Of a stretch of DNA of 64,000 bases, positions 47,482 through 58,874 are shown in pieces. The notes below the pieces were generated by a model. That model made no database searches and was not told the origin of the DNA. It was given only the letters and a program-made list of their open reading frames with translations. The position numbers and the translations under genes were made by a program. The first letter of the stretch is position 1. Each line of letters begins with the position of its first letter. The stretch is from Candidatus Saccharimonadia bacterium (lineage in GTDB: Bacteria; Patescibacteriota; Saccharimonadia; UBA4664): NCBI GenBank assembly GCA_036488585.1, contig DASXHH010000009.1, positions 366 to 64,365 on the forward strand, read 5' to 3'.

Positions 47482-48725
47482 TATTTAGACCTCACCAGGA
47501 CTTCGGGCTTAATGACGGCATTATCGAGCTTTTCGAGCAATTGCTCCTCGAGCACCTTCTCGCCCATGTAGCGGGCAAATACCTCGTTCCAGAGCGATTC
47601 GCGGAAGTGGTAGAGGTAACGGTCTTGATATGACACAGCGTTGGAGTAACCGAAGCTAAGGTCAAACAGGTTGAAGGTGACGGTGTCGTGGGCGGGACCC
47701 TTAAGGACGGCCACGTAGTCCATGCCTTGCCAGAAATCTAGCTCAGGGTCAATCTCGTACAGCACCTCTTCGGCCCGGCGCCAATGTAGGTCTTCGGGTT
47801 GAAGGTGGGGCTCAAAGATTTCCGGGTGCTTTTCGTTCGTAAGCTTGCCGAAGTAGCGCTGAATGACACGCCAGTGAATACGGGTGGTGTCGGCGATTTT
47901 AACGTGAGCGGGGTCGGCGATGAGCGTGTCGGAAACAATGGCACCAAAATTCTTCTTGGCTTGCATGAGCTTAAAGAACGAACTGTAGAGGCGCACCTCG
48001 TTGAAGTAATGGCACAGCAGCGGGAGAACTTTGAGGGTAATGCCAGGCATATGGGTTTCGACCATGGGCATAACGGCGATGGCGCCCATTTCCTTGGAAT
48101 GCGTGATGTTATGGCGCTTCTTGGCAATGAAGTGCTCAGCGATATCGCCCCACTTTTCAACCGCGAACGGTACTACCTTAATGGGCCGGGTCTCAAAGTC
48201 CGTGGGCTCGAGGTCGAGATAGAGGCGATCGAAGTCGTTAAGCCAGGCGGGGTCTTCGGCGAAACGCAGGGCCAGGATAAGTTCGTAGATGTTTTCCTGT
48301 TCGAGTAGCCGTGACACCAGATGGTAACCGAGGCGTTCCATAATAGCCATGGGCGGCATGTGGCGCAGCATCTCGCGAGCCTTGTCTTCTTTCAGGAACC
48401 AACCGGACTTAGGTAACGGGGCGGCTTCAGCGGCTTTCACGATGAGCGGGATCATCTCGCGCAGATCGGTGGGGTCAGTGCCGCCAATGGAGCGGGCGGC
48501 GTGGTCATCGTCGGCGGCCACCTTTTTAATGAGGGCATCGTAGAGCTCGGGGCCGGTGGCATCTGGGCCGAGGCCGAGCCGTTTGGCGTGCGAGGCAGCT
48601 TTTTCGGTGATTTCAGCGGTGAGCTTGGCATCAACCCCTTTTTGGTGCGTTAAGAGTTCTAGCTGGTGAAGCGCATGATCGAATAGCGGTTCCTTGGCTT
48701 GTAGAAATCGTCCCAGATTAGACAT
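47481..48725 (-). CDS. Hypothetical protein (about 414 aa)
   Basis: Long ORF overlapping pfkB and the LOG gene on the same strand, GGAGG SD; no recognised motif. Confidence 0.75.
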   Translation of the reverse strand: MSNLGRFLQAKEPLFDHALHQLELLTHQKGVDAKLTAEITEKAASHAKRLGLGPDATGPELYDALIKKVAADDDHAARSIGGTDPTDLREMIPLIVKAAEAAPLPKSGWFLKEDKAREMLRHMPPMAIMERLGYHLVSRLLEQENIYELILALRFAEDPAWLNDFDRLYLDLEPTDFETRPIKVVPFAVEKWGDIAEHFIAKKRHNITHSKEMGAIAVMPMVETHMPGITLKVLPLLCHYFNEVRLYSSFFKLMQAKKNFGAIVSDTLIADPAHVKIADTTRIHWRVIQRYFGKLTNEKHPEIFEPHLQPEDLHWRRAEEVLYEIDPELDFWQGMDYVAVLKGPAHDTVTFNLFDLSFGYSNAVSYQDRYLYHFRESLWNEVFARYMGEKVLEEQLLEKLDNAVIKPEVLVRSK

Positions 48726-49701
48726 TACCAACCTCCGTTACCTTAAGCTTCATGCGTTTGATGCGCCCCGTCTTGAGAATACCGGTCTTGGCGCCCATTT
48801 GGGCCACCACGCTCGAGGCGTTGGCGCTGGCGAGCGACAGAGCGTCTTCGATGGGTAGACCCTTGGACAGTGCGGCCACGAATCCAGAGCCAAAGGCATC
48901 ACCGGCGCCGGTGCGATCCACCACCTTCACCTTCTGGTACTGACCAGCTTGGTAGAGCTTACCGTCCGCTGAGGCGTAGGAGCCGGACGCGCCATTGGTG
49001 CCGACCACATAGGGGCAGGTGTCGGCAGCGCGGAGCACGGTGTCTTTGAGGTTGTCGCCACCAAACAGAGTGGCAAGCTCCTCGGCATTGGCCTTGAGCA
49101 CGGTAACGAGAGGAAGCAGGGCGCGCAGTTTCTTGGCTTGGGCGAGTTCACCGTTGCCGGGGTCGAGAGCCACTTGGATGCCACGATTGTTGGCGTGTTT
49201 GAGCAGACGCCCGAGCAAATCTAGGTTGCCGGCCAACGAGGTAATGTAAAACCAATCGGCCTCGAGGGTGCGGATCGCGATGTCGCGAGCGCCGAGAGCG
49301 TGGGAGGGGCCTCGATAGACCAGCACGGTGCGTTCACCGGTGGGCGCCACCAACAGGACCGAGAAACCGGTGTTTAGGCGCGGGTCGTAGACAATGCGAT
49401 CGGTCGACACACCCTCTCGACGCAGCGCACGCACCACTTCCCCGCCCGCTGGGTCGTGGCCGATTTTACCGATATAGCCGGCCTCAAGACCTTGGCGGGC
49501 GAAGGTGACGGCTGCATTGGTGGCGCCGCCGCCAGTGTCGAAGTAGACATTATCGAGCTCGAGCTTGGCGCCGAGCGGGAATTGTTCAACGTAATCCCGG
49601 GTGCGAACATCGCGCCGGGCATGGAGCGCCTTGCCGGTCAGGAAGACATCCTGAGTGGCGGCGCCAAATGTGAGAATTTTGACATTCACCTCTGCCATCA
49701 C
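48718..49701 (-). CDS. PfkB-family carbohydrate kinase
   Basis: GGGATNAA, NAEE, DRTGAGDAFGSGF. Confidence 0.93.
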   Translation of the reverse strand: MMAEVNVKILTFGAATQDVFLTGKALHARRDVRTRDYVEQFPLGAKLELDNVYFDTGGGATNAAVTFARQGLEAGYIGKIGHDPAGGEVVRALRREGVSTDRIVYDPRLNTGFSVLLVAPTGERTVLVYRGPSHALGARDIAIRTLEADWFYITSLAGNLDLLGRLLKHANNRGIQVALDPGNGELAQAKKLRALLPLVTVLKANAEELATLFGGDNLKDTVLRAADTCPYVVGTNGASGSYASADGKLYQAGQYQKVKVVDRTGAGDAFGSGFVAALSKGLPIEDALSLASANASSVVAQMGAKTGILKTGRIKRMKLKVTEVGNV

Positions 49702-49825
49702 ATCTGATGATAGCAGTTATGTTTGGAAAAAAATAGTTGGTTTATAAAACTGATTAATTGATTTTTTGAGCTTTTGCTTGTATAGTTATGTCTTGTACAT
49801 AACGTACGTATAGCGTCGAGAGGAC

Positions 49826-50389
49826 GTGAGGATAATTAAGCGCGTAAGGCTCTGGATCGTAACGGCTGTCTTCGCGGCAGCTTGCATGGCGAGCAGCGGA
49901 TGTTGGCACCCGTTTACCACCTACATGCCCAACGTGCCGACGACATCCGGACCGCTAAATCCGCTACAGCAATGCTCGCAGCCGGATGGGGCCAATGCCT
50001 ACCTCGAGCTGGATGTCGAATCGCCCGACCGAATCAAGACCGTTGGCCGAGCCTTGGTCTTTACCCAGAAGCACGGCTGGGAGACGGCGCCGGCGGGGCT
50101 GATCACATTGCAATTGGTACGAATCGACGACGTTGGCCACTCGCTGCTGAGTTGGCAGACCGATTTGCATCGCATCGACTGGATGGGCGCGGCCTACCAA
50201 AGCTGGCCTGGCAGCACTCAGGTGAACACCCTGCATCCAGATGTCCTGAACAACCAGGAATTTACGGAACAAGTGATAGTTCACCCAGTGGTGGGCGAGC
50301 GGTTTGCGGTGTGGGCGGCTTTGCCCCGAGGTGCCGTGCAGGGCCTCAGCTGCTATGCGACCAACGGTCGCCAGGCGTTCCTTACCTAA
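49826..50389 (+). CDS. Hypothetical exported protein or lipoprotein
   Basis: Signal-like N-terminus ending ASSGC; TTGATT-17-TATAGT promoter at 49758-49786; GAGG SD; hairpin downstream. Confidence 0.6.
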   Translation: MRIIKRVRLWIVTAVFAAACMASSGCWHPFTTYMPNVPTTSGPLNPLQQCSQPDGANAYLELDVESPDRIKTVGRALVFTQKHGWETAPAGLITLQLVRIDDVGHSLLSWQTDLHRIDWMGAAYQSWPGSTQVNTLHPDVLNNQEFTEQVIVHPVVGERFAVWAALPRGAVQGLSCYATNGRQAFLT

Positions 50390-50538
50390 CCCCTCACACT
50401 TGGCGGCGCGGACACCAGTCTGCGCCGCCAAAGCCGCAATTATTCAAACAGACCCCCAGCCCGGGGGTTTTGTGGTTTTTGACATTGTGGCGTCCAAGCC
50501 GAGCATGTGACATACATACATAACGTGAAGAGTGGCGT

Positions 50539-51024
50539 ATGCAAAGGAAATTCCGGGTGCTAGTGGTCGTGGTGGCCACAGCCGCGGCGATTTGGGGCAG
50601 CGTGTGGTGGGTTCGATATGCCTACGTGAAGCCGCCGAGGCCTGTGGCTATGACATTACCGGCAGGAGGCCCGGTGGTGATTGTGAATGGCCTGAGTATT
50701 ACGCAAAACTGCCGCCTCCCAAACGACACGATTATTACCGATTGCCCAGAGGAGGTGGCGGAGGGCGAAGTAGTGCCAGTGGGGGCCAGCCCGGTACCGG
50801 TGCCGACGCAGGGTGTGGCCGAGGAACCGGAGGCGACGTTAACTCCGGAACCCGAGACAGCCGTAGGCGGGGCAGAGCCGTGCATTACGCCGCCGGGTGC
50901 GATCTTTTCGCCGAGCTGTGCGGCCCCGCCTGGCAGCGCAGTGTTTAGCGGCGGAGGTGGGGGTGGTGGTGCACCTCAACCCTGCGTCACGCCGGCGGGC
51001 GCGATCTTTTCGCCTGGTTGCTAG
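50539..51024 (+). CDS. Hypothetical single-TM protein with two Cys-bracketed repeats
   Basis: N-terminal TM; PCITPPGAIFSPSC and PCVTPAGAIFSPGC. Confidence 0.6.
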   Translation: MQRKFRVLVVVVATAAAIWGSVWWVRYAYVKPPRPVAMTLPAGGPVVIVNGLSITQNCRLPNDTIITDCPEEVAEGEVVPVGASPVPVPTQGVAEEPEATLTPEPETAVGGAEPCITPPGAIFSPSCAAPPGSAVFSGGGGGGGAPQPCVTPAGAIFSPGC

Positions 51025-51029
51025 CGCGA

Positions 51030-51321
51030 TTATTGAAACGAATTGGGACTGGGCGAGGCTGTGACGCCCGGCTGCAGACTACGTGTGGGCGATGGGCTCG
51101 GGCTGGGTGAGGCCGCGTCACTGGGGCTGGGCGACACGCTCGCGCTCGGGGTTGGTGACGGCGACGGAGTCGGGTTGGGCAAGCCTAGGAGCGCTGGCCT
51201 GGCCGAGGCGTGCCACCGCATAGATGATGGCGATCATAATGAGAATGCCGGCAAAAATGGCAACCGCGATGCTATCGGCATAGCCGCGTTCGCGTATGGA
51301 TTTTTTAGCGTGCCTTGCCAC
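51030..51321 (-). pseudogene. Apparently frameshifted single-TM protein with (SP)n tail
   Basis: TM N-terminus is in the frame of ORF 51118-51351; Ser/Pro repeat tail is in the frame of ORF 51030-51221. Confidence 0.4.
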
Positions 51322-52198
51322 TGGAACCAAAGATGTCCATTTTGTTCTCAACTACGGCCTGAATAGCTTCGATAACGGGAGGCATGAGCTTTACGACAGC
51401 GAACTCGGTGGGGTGCTCGGCCAGCACTTTTTCGAGATTGGTGCGGAAGGCCTTGCGCATCTCAGAGTTGATGTTGATCTTGGAGATGCCACGTTGGACA
51501 GCTCCACGAAAATCGTCTTCGGGAGTGCCGGAGCCGCCGTGAAGCGATAGGTAGGCGGCGTCGGGGACGTCGGCGCGGATTTGCTCGAGCAGGTCCAGGT
51601 GCAACTGCTTGGGTACCGGGTAGAGGCCGTGGAGGTTGCCGATGGCGACTGCGAAGGTGTCGATGCCGGTGTCGTTAATGAACTTCACGGCCTCTTCGGG
51701 CTTCGTGAAGTATTTTTTGATGTCATCGTAGTCGATAGCTTCGGTGTGGACGTTGGAGCTGCCGCCGAAGTAGTGCGGCTCGCTCTCTACCAGTGCGCCG
51801 GTGGTCTTGGCGTAATCCACCACCTCTTTGGTGGCTGCGGTAATTTCGGCATCGGAGGCGTCACGCTTGGCTTGGCTGAGGTCGATGTGAATGAACTCGA
51901 ACCCGGCGTCGATACCGGCCTTGGCAGCCTCCACGCTGGGGCTGTGGTCGAGGTTCACGAACATTTGGATGCCATATTCGGCGCGGTAATTGTCGACCAT
52001 ACAGCGGACGTTCTGGAGGCCAAGTGCCTCGACCTCGCCGGCACTCACCTCCACTAGCACCGGCGACTTCTTGGCAGCGGCAGCTTTGGCGACAGCGATA
52101 AGGGTTTCCTGGTTGTCGATATTAAAGGCACCGAGGGCAAATTTTTCGGCTTTAGTGCGGGCGTACAGTTCACGAGCAGCTAGGATGTTGGGTTTCAT
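51305..52198 (-). CDS. fba: Class II fructose-bisphosphate aldolase
   Basis: GAFN, NLDH, AIGNLHG, LHGGSG, KININSE. Confidence 0.93.
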   Translation of the reverse strand: MKPNILAARELYARTKAEKFALGAFNIDNQETLIAVAKAAAAKKSPVLVEVSAGEVEALGLQNVRCMVDNYRAEYGIQMFVNLDHSPSVEAAKAGIDAGFEFIHIDLSQAKRDASDAEITAATKEVVDYAKTTGALVESEPHYFGGSSNVHTEAIDYDDIKKYFTKPEEAVKFINDTGIDTFAVAIGNLHGLYPVPKQLHLDLLEQIRADVPDAAYLSLHGGSGTPEDDFRGAVQRGISKININSEMRKAFRTNLEKVLAEHPTEFAVVKLMPPVIEAIQAVVENKMDIFGSSGKAR

Positions 52199-52367
52199 AC
52201 CTTAAGTTTACACCTGATTTTAAGCAAAAACGGCTTTCGTTCGTAAAGCTCTTGGAATATTGCAAAACTCACAATATTGTGCTATAATTATGTGCGTTGG
52301 AACTTGAAATTTCACCTCCCACATATACCTGGAAGACTCCGCAGTTCCTCGGAAAGGACCATGTACG

Positions 52368-52847
52368 ATGTACGCAACCATGCACAGCTCTGCCCGGCAG
52401 ACCACTCCCGAGCAGCGCATCGCCGGGCTGCTTATGGCAGCCGGTATGGTAGTGGGTCTGTTCTTTCTGTCGTCCTGGGGCCTCGCTACGCACCCCGCGT
52501 GGCAGCGCCCAGTTGTGGTGACAGTCGTCGGGCAGCCCGCAGTGGTCTGTACCACTGACGCCTGTCAGGAGAACGCCGACGTTGAAATCGCTGGATCCGA
52601 TAATACCTTCACCCTCTGGGGCTTGAAGGACCAATACGGCTCAGGCGACCAGATTAAGGCCTACGGCCTAATCGGCAACAACTACGGGACTGACGGGACC
52701 TCGATCATCGCAGTCTCCCAGAACCCCTACCCGCACGAGTACAGCATCTGGCCCCGGATCTCCGGATTCGTGGTCGCCTGCATCATCGGCCTCTGCTTCT
52801 TCATCTGGGGACTCTACCTGGTCTTCCGACCCACCTACAGGAGGTGA
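52368..52847 (+). CDS. Hypothetical 2-TM membrane protein
   Basis: TTGCAA-17-TATAAT promoter at 52260-52288, AAGGA SD, hairpin downstream. Confidence 0.65.
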   Translation: MYATMHSSARQTTPEQRIAGLLMAAGMVVGLFFLSSWGLATHPAWQRPVVVTVVGQPAVVCTTDACQENADVEIAGSDNTFTLWGLKDQYGSGDQIKAYGLIGNNYGTDGTSIIAVSQNPYPHEYSIWPRISGFVVACIIGLCFFIWGLYLVFRPTYRR

Positions 52848-53046
52848 TATCTCCCCCGTCCAACGACTGGCCGGTGGCGACGCATTCAATGCGCTCGCCC
52901 CGGCCTTTTCGCTTTAGGGAGACTGAACCGAGGTGCAATGGCGGGCATAAGCGTCATTGACAAAGTAATAATCTTAGTGTATTATATACAGAAGCTTTAC
53001 CGCTTGTTCATCCTGAGTTTAGGCAAACACCCTGAGGGGACGCAAA

Positions 53047-53613
53047 GTGAACATTCCGGTTCGTAATGTGGCGCTAGCCGGGCTCGGCGCCGCGTTGACA
53101 GTGATCGTGGCCGCGATCTTCGGTCTCGGCTTCAACCACTCAACCACCTACGTCACTACCCCGGCTAACGGCCACGCAGTCAACACTGGCCAGCAGTCGG
53201 TTGGCGGCAGCCCTTCTGCAAGCGCGTTGCCGGCCCGCCCCTGGGTAGTGTCGACCGTGGACGAAGGGACTACCCGTATGTCCTGCGCTCTCGGTCTCGT
53301 ACCGATGGACTTGCCGGTAGGCAGCCACGTCGACCCGCACGCTACCTACAACCTGACTGCCGACATCGCGTACGGGGGTGCTCAGACCGACGTCCGCCTC
53401 GCCATACATCACGCGCCCACAGCCATCGTGGCCATGATCGTTCATGCGAGCGGACCCAACGCCAACGGGCACAGCAACGACACGGAACACGACATCAACC
53501 TCAAGTCAGGCGGAAGCCTCGGGGTGCTAGTCGATACGCCCAGCAGCGTCTACGATGGCTATAACGGCATGTACAAGATCACATCGTTGGAGCTGTGTGC
53601 CGCCGCAGCTTAG
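53047..53613 (+). CDS. Hypothetical membrane-anchored protein
   Basis: TTGACA-17-TATTAT promoter at 52957-52985, GAGGGG SD, long hairpin at about 53623-53662. Confidence 0.65.
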   Translation: MNIPVRNVALAGLGAALTVIVAAIFGLGFNHSTTYVTTPANGHAVNTGQQSVGGSPSASALPARPWVVSTVDEGTTRMSCALGLVPMDLPVGSHVDPHATYNLTADIAYGGAQTDVRLAIHHAPTAIVAMIVHASGPNANGHSNDTEHDINLKSGGSLGVLVDTPSSVYDGYNGMYKITSLELCAAAA

Positions 53614-53679
53614 GACGAACGTGCCCGGTGGGACCTCTGTAACAGGAGGGTCCCACCGGGCCACTTTCGTTTTATGAAG

Positions 53680-54072
53680 TTATTTCGCTAAACGCTGGGC
53701 TACGAAATTACAGGCGACATAGTACAGACCGAAGAGCAGGTACATCACAAACATAAAGAGGGTGAGCTGGGTGGTGTTGTGAATGGAACCGGCGACGAGA
53801 CGGACCAGCAGTTGAGCGGTGAGTTCGGCCAGGACCATGGCGATGACAGTGGCCACTATGATGGCTTTGAACGAACGCTTGGCGCCGAGGGTAATGGTAG
53901 TGAGGATGGCTATGCCAAAGCCGTAGACGACAGCGCTGATGACGATGCCGAGGGTCTCGGCCAGGAGTTGGCTATTCATGACGGGCACGAAGGTTGAGGC
54001 TTTACTGCTCAGCCAGAAGAAGGCCATGCCGGCGACGAAGCTAACGATAAATTGGATTTCGCCTTTGGACAT
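53680..54072 (-). CDS. Hypothetical 4-TM membrane protein
   Basis: 130 aa, four hydrophobic helices. Confidence 0.7.
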   Translation of the reverse strand: MSKGEIQFIVSFVAGMAFFWLSSKASTFVPVMNSQLLAETLGIVISAVVYGFGIAILTTITLGAKRSFKAIIVATVIAMVLAELTAQLLVRLVAGSIHNTTQLTLFMFVMYLLFGLYYVACNFVAQRLAK

Positions 54073-54110
54073 GGTAAGAGCTTAGGCGACCGCGGGCGAA
54101 CTGTCGAGTA

Positions 54111-55097
54111 TTAATGTTTGCGCTTCAGGAGGTCTTTGGCATGGGCGGCAATGTGCCTGGCAGTGAGTCCGAAGTGCTCCAGGAGCTCGTCAGGAGCGCC
54201 GGACTCGCCGAAGCGATCAGCCATGCCCACACGCACCATTGGGACCGGGTAGTGGTCGGCCAACGCCTCGGCCACGGCGCCACCCAGACCGCCGGCAATT
54301 TGGTGCTCTTCGGCTGTAATGACGGCACCGGTCTTGCGGGCACTTGAGGTGATGGTGATCGTGTCGAGTGGCTTGATGACGGCGGCGTTTATGACCTCGG
54401 CCTCAATACCCTGTTGTTCGAGCTGATGTGCGGACATGAGCGCCTGGTATACCATGGTGCCGCAGGCCACAATCGTGAGGTCGGTGCCGGAGCGCAGCAC
54501 TTGAGCCTTGGAAAGCGAGAACGGGGTGGCGTCAGTGGTGATGACCGGGGTTTTCTCGCGTGCCAGCCTGATGTAAGCCGGACCCTTCTGATGAGCGAGT
54601 GCGATGGTGGCCTTGGCGGCCTCAACGGAGTCGGCTGGGGCGACCACGGTCATGTGAGGCAGCACGCGCATGAGAGCAATGTCTTCGAGCATCTGGTGGG
54701 TGGCCCCGTCTGGACCCACAGACACGCCGGCGTGCGAGCCCACCACCTTAACGTTGGTCTGGTTAAGGCAAACGGTGGTGCGAATTTGCTCCCAGTTGCG
54801 GCCGGGTGAGAAGGCGGCATAGCTAGAGATGAACGGCGTCTTGCCGGCTAGCGCCATCCCGGCCGCGACGGTCACCAAGTTTTGCTCGGCAATACCGATC
54901 TCCACGAAGCGCTCAGGGAAGCTTTTGGCGAACTCGTTCATCTTGGTGGACTCGGTAAGGTCGGCGCAGAGAGCCACGACGTTTTTATCGCGAGTGCCGG
55001 CCTCGAGCAGTCCACGGCCAAAACCAGCCCGGATTGGCTCCTGTTTGATTTCGGGGCTCGAGAGGTCGCGGACCAGGTGTTGCTGCGGATCAATCAT
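54111..55097 (-). CDS. Transketolase, C-terminal (pyrimidine-binding) subunit
   Basis: IGIAEQN, GPDGATHQMLED, AEEHQIAGGLG. Confidence 0.95.
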   Translation of the reverse strand: MIDPQQHLVRDLSSPEIKQEPIRAGFGRGLLEAGTRDKNVVALCADLTESTKMNEFAKSFPERFVEIGIAEQNLVTVAAGMALAGKTPFISSYAAFSPGRNWEQIRTTVCLNQTNVKVVGSHAGVSVGPDGATHQMLEDIALMRVLPHMTVVAPADSVEAAKATIALAHQKGPAYIRLAREKTPVITTDATPFSLSKAQVLRSGTDLTIVACGTMVYQALMSAHQLEQQGIEAEVINAAVIKPLDTITITSSARKTGAVITAEEHQIAGGLGGAVAEALADHYPVPMVRVGMADRFGESGAPDELLEHFGLTARHIAAHAKDLLKRKH

Positions 55098-55256
55098 GGT
55101 CTAATAATACTTGTGCTTTTAGAAAATTACAAAACGCTTATGGCAAGCCAACTGATAGGGGCACTCGCTGGCTATTGATTTTTCTCCGTTATTATGCTAA
55201 CGTTTACATAGGCAATAAGCACAAGCGTCTTCACCGTCTTTCCGAGAGGAAAACAA

Positions 55257-55526
55257 ATGACAATGACAAGGACTGTTGCCGCTTTCGTGGGCACGCTGCC
55301 GACCGACATGATCGACGGCCCGCCCACCGATGCCCTCCAGCTAGTGCTGAACAAGCTCAGCTGCGACATCGACAGCACGCCATTCTGGCACTTCCTCTAC
55401 TACGCGGACATGCTCGCGAACGGGACCGAGATCCACCGTCTCGCCGAGAGCTACGCCGACGCAGATGACAAGGCCAAAGTCCAACGTGCGAAGAACAAGC
55501 TCGCGGTGACCGCCGCCGCCCGCTAG
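55257..55526 (+). CDS. Hypothetical 89-aa protein between the transketolase subunits
   Basis: GAGAGGA SD, strong GC3 bias, hairpins downstream. Confidence 0.6.
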   Translation: MTMTRTVAAFVGTLPTDMIDGPPTDALQLVLNKLSCDIDSTPFWHFLYYADMLANGTEIHRLAESYADADDKAKVQRAKNKLAVTAAAR

Positions 55527-55636
55527 CGGACCACCGCCCGTCCCACCGGGCACCCGTCCGCACTGCCGCCCATGGGGGACCTACTGCGCACGCGCAGCTA
55601 GCGTCCCTCCTGGGCGGTTCTTCAATTTAGGAGCAA

Positions 55637-56509
55637 TTATTCGTGCTCGGAGCGGATTTGGCCGCCGAGGGTGCGCAGTTCATGTAGAGCCACGCGGGCC
55701 TGATCCTTCTTCTCGGGGTCGCCGGGTAGACTGAGCGTGCCGGGCGGATTGCCATGCCAGTGATAGTCGTATTCCATGTAGTCGACACCCTTGCCGGGGA
55801 TGGTGTGGGCGATGATGGCCACCGGTGACTCAACCACCGCCTTGGCTAGGTTGCAGGCGTCGATGATGGCCTGCATGTTGTGGCCGTCGATTTCGATAAC
55901 ATGCCAGCCGAAGACCGCGAATTTCTTAGCTATATCGCCGAGCGGCATGATTTGCTCGGTGGGGCCGTCGATTTGGATGTTATTGCGGTCGATGATGGCG
56001 GTAAGGTTGGCAAGCTTGTACTTGGCCGCAAACATCACGGCTTCCCAGATATTGCCTTCGTCGAGCTCACCGTCGCCAGTAACGCAATAGACGTGAGCGC
56101 GAGAGCTGTCCATGCGTAGGGCTAGAGCGTGTCCGGCGGCCTGACTGAGGCCGGAGCCGAGCGGGCCCGAGGTGGATTCGAGGCCGGGCAGGCGCAAGCG
56201 TTCAGGGTGACCCTGGAGGCGGGAGCCGAGTTTGCGCAGAGTTTTGAGCTCCGACACCGGAAAGTAACCGGCTCGAGCCATGGTGGCGTAGCGGACCGGT
56301 ACACAATGGCCGTTGGAGAGAAACAGGCGGTCGCGGTCGGGCCAATCGGGTTGTTTTGGCCGATGGCTCATGACCTCGAAGTAGAGGGCGGTAAAGACGT
56401 CGGCGAGGCCGAGCGGGCCGGCGCTATGGCCACTCCCCGCTTCCACGAGCATCTTGACGATGTCTTGGCGGATTTCGTTGGCCTGGAGCTCGAGCTGCTT
56501 GTGGGTCAT
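55637..56509 (-). CDS. Transketolase, N-terminal (TPP-binding) subunit
   Basis: SGH, RDRLFLSNGH, LQGHP, GDGELDEG...N TPP motif. Confidence 0.95.
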   Translation of the reverse strand: MTHKQLELQANEIRQDIVKMLVEAGSGHSAGPLGLADVFTALYFEVMSHRPKQPDWPDRDRLFLSNGHCVPVRYATMARAGYFPVSELKTLRKLGSRLQGHPERLRLPGLESTSGPLGSGLSQAAGHALALRMDSSRAHVYCVTGDGELDEGNIWEAVMFAAKYKLANLTAIIDRNNIQIDGPTEQIMPLGDIAKKFAVFGWHVIEIDGHNMQAIIDACNLAKAVVESPVAIIAHTIPGKGVDYMEYDYHWHGNPPGTLSLPGDPEKKDQARVALHELRTLGGQIRSEHE

Positions 56510-56558
56510 GCGTTAATCATAAGCCGTTTCGAGAGCTTTGAGGAGAGCTTGCCGATCT

Positions 56559-57197
56559 TCATGAAGTGCCCTCGGCGATGGCCTCGATGGCGACGTAGGC
56601 AATCTCGGGATCGACGGAGTCTTGGATAAACGAGCCGACGTCAAGCAGGTCGGCGCCGGCTTCTACGGCCAGGCGGGCGGTTTCCTGATTAAGCCCACCG
56701 TCCACGGCGATCTCAAGGTTGGGGTTGATGGCACGGGCTTGGCCGATCTTTTCGAGGCAGTCGCCGCGGAACTCGCCGCCATTGTGTCCGAGCCGGCCGG
56801 TAAACACCACCAGGTGGCTCACGGTTGAGAGTACGTCTTTGACCTGATCGATGGTGGTCTCGGTTTTAATGGCGAGCCCCACGCGGATTTCGAGCTGGCG
56901 CAGTTCTTTGAAGAAAGCTTCGCGGTCGAACGGCGCCTCATAGTGCACGATGACGAGCTGAGGCTGGAGGGCAATGATGTTTTCGAGCTGGGATTCCGGA
57001 TGGGCCATCATGAGATGAAGATCGAACGGCACGCCGTCGATATCGTAGACCTGAGTGAGACCAACCGATTTTTGATCCTCGAACACACCGTCGGCCACGT
57101 CAATATGCAGACGTTTGGCAAACGGCTTCACGTTGTTGATGCGGTGGGCATAGTCTTCGGGAGTGGTGGCGAGAATGGTGGGCGCGACACTAGCCAT
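56559..57197 (-). CDS. rpe: Ribulose-phosphate 3-epimerase
   Basis: HIDVADGVF, DLHLM, VDGG; start MASVAP overlapping the rpiB stop. Confidence 0.9.
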   Translation of the reverse strand: MASVAPTILATTPEDYAHRINNVKPFAKRLHIDVADGVFEDQKSVGLTQVYDIDGVPFDLHLMMAHPESQLENIIALQPQLVIVHYEAPFDREAFFKELRQLEIRVGLAIKTETTIDQVKDVLSTVSHLVVFTGRLGHNGGEFRGDCLEKIGQARAINPNLEIAVDGGLNQETARLAVEAGADLLDVGSFIQDSVDPEIAYVAIEAIAEGTS

Positions 57198-57636
57198 AGA
57201 GCTCCTCCAACTCATCGAGGCGCCGAAGGTACTTGGGGTCGGATTTGAATTCGGTGGCGAGCCAGGCATCGACCATGTCCAAGGCGGCCTCTTCGGCGAC
57301 AAACCGGGCCGGGAGCACGAGCACATTGGAGTTGTCGTCGGCGCGGGCGGCTTTGGCGGAGTCGGCATTCCAGGCTAGGGCGGCGCGCACGCCGTTTACG
57401 CGATTGGCGGCCATACTCATCCCCTGCCCCGAGCCACAGATCAAGACGCCGCGGTCGTCCTCGTCGGCGCCGAGAATTTTGGCAGCTAGGGCGTAGGCAT
57501 AGCGCGGGTAGTCATCGTCATCGTCGAGCGTTTTCGCGCCCACATCTTCAACTTCATACCCGTTGTGAATGAGGTGCTCTTTGAGCTGGTTTTTCAGTTC
57601 ATAGCCGGCATGGTCGGCGCCGAGAAATATCTTCAT
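57190..57636 (-). CDS. rpiB: Ribose-5-phosphate isomerase B
   Basis: GADHAG, DYP, CGSGQG, ANRVNGVRAA. Confidence 0.93.
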   Translation of the reverse strand: MKIFLGADHAGYELKNQLKEHLIHNGYEVEDVGAKTLDDDDDYPRYAYALAAKILGADEDDRGVLICGSGQGMSMAANRVNGVRAALAWNADSAKAARADDNSNVLVLPARFVAEEAALDMVDAWLATEFKSDPKYLRRLDELEELYG

Positions 57637-57715
57637 ACTGCTAGCTTACGATAAGCGTTGGTACTTTGCCACCAGCGGACGCCCAATTGAGGTGTCCGCT
57701 GGGCAGGAGCAATTA

Positions 57716-58726
<1,011 letters not shown>

Positions 58727-58874
58727 AATATCCGTGTTTTATCCCGTTTGTCGGTTTAACTATATGAGCAATAGCGGTTTGGGTCAATCTGATGAGAATA
58801 TTGCGAGACAGCCGCGCCCCCGGCCGCACAATAACGCGGCCGGGGGCGCAGGGGGAAGAGGAGAACGGCGCCCT

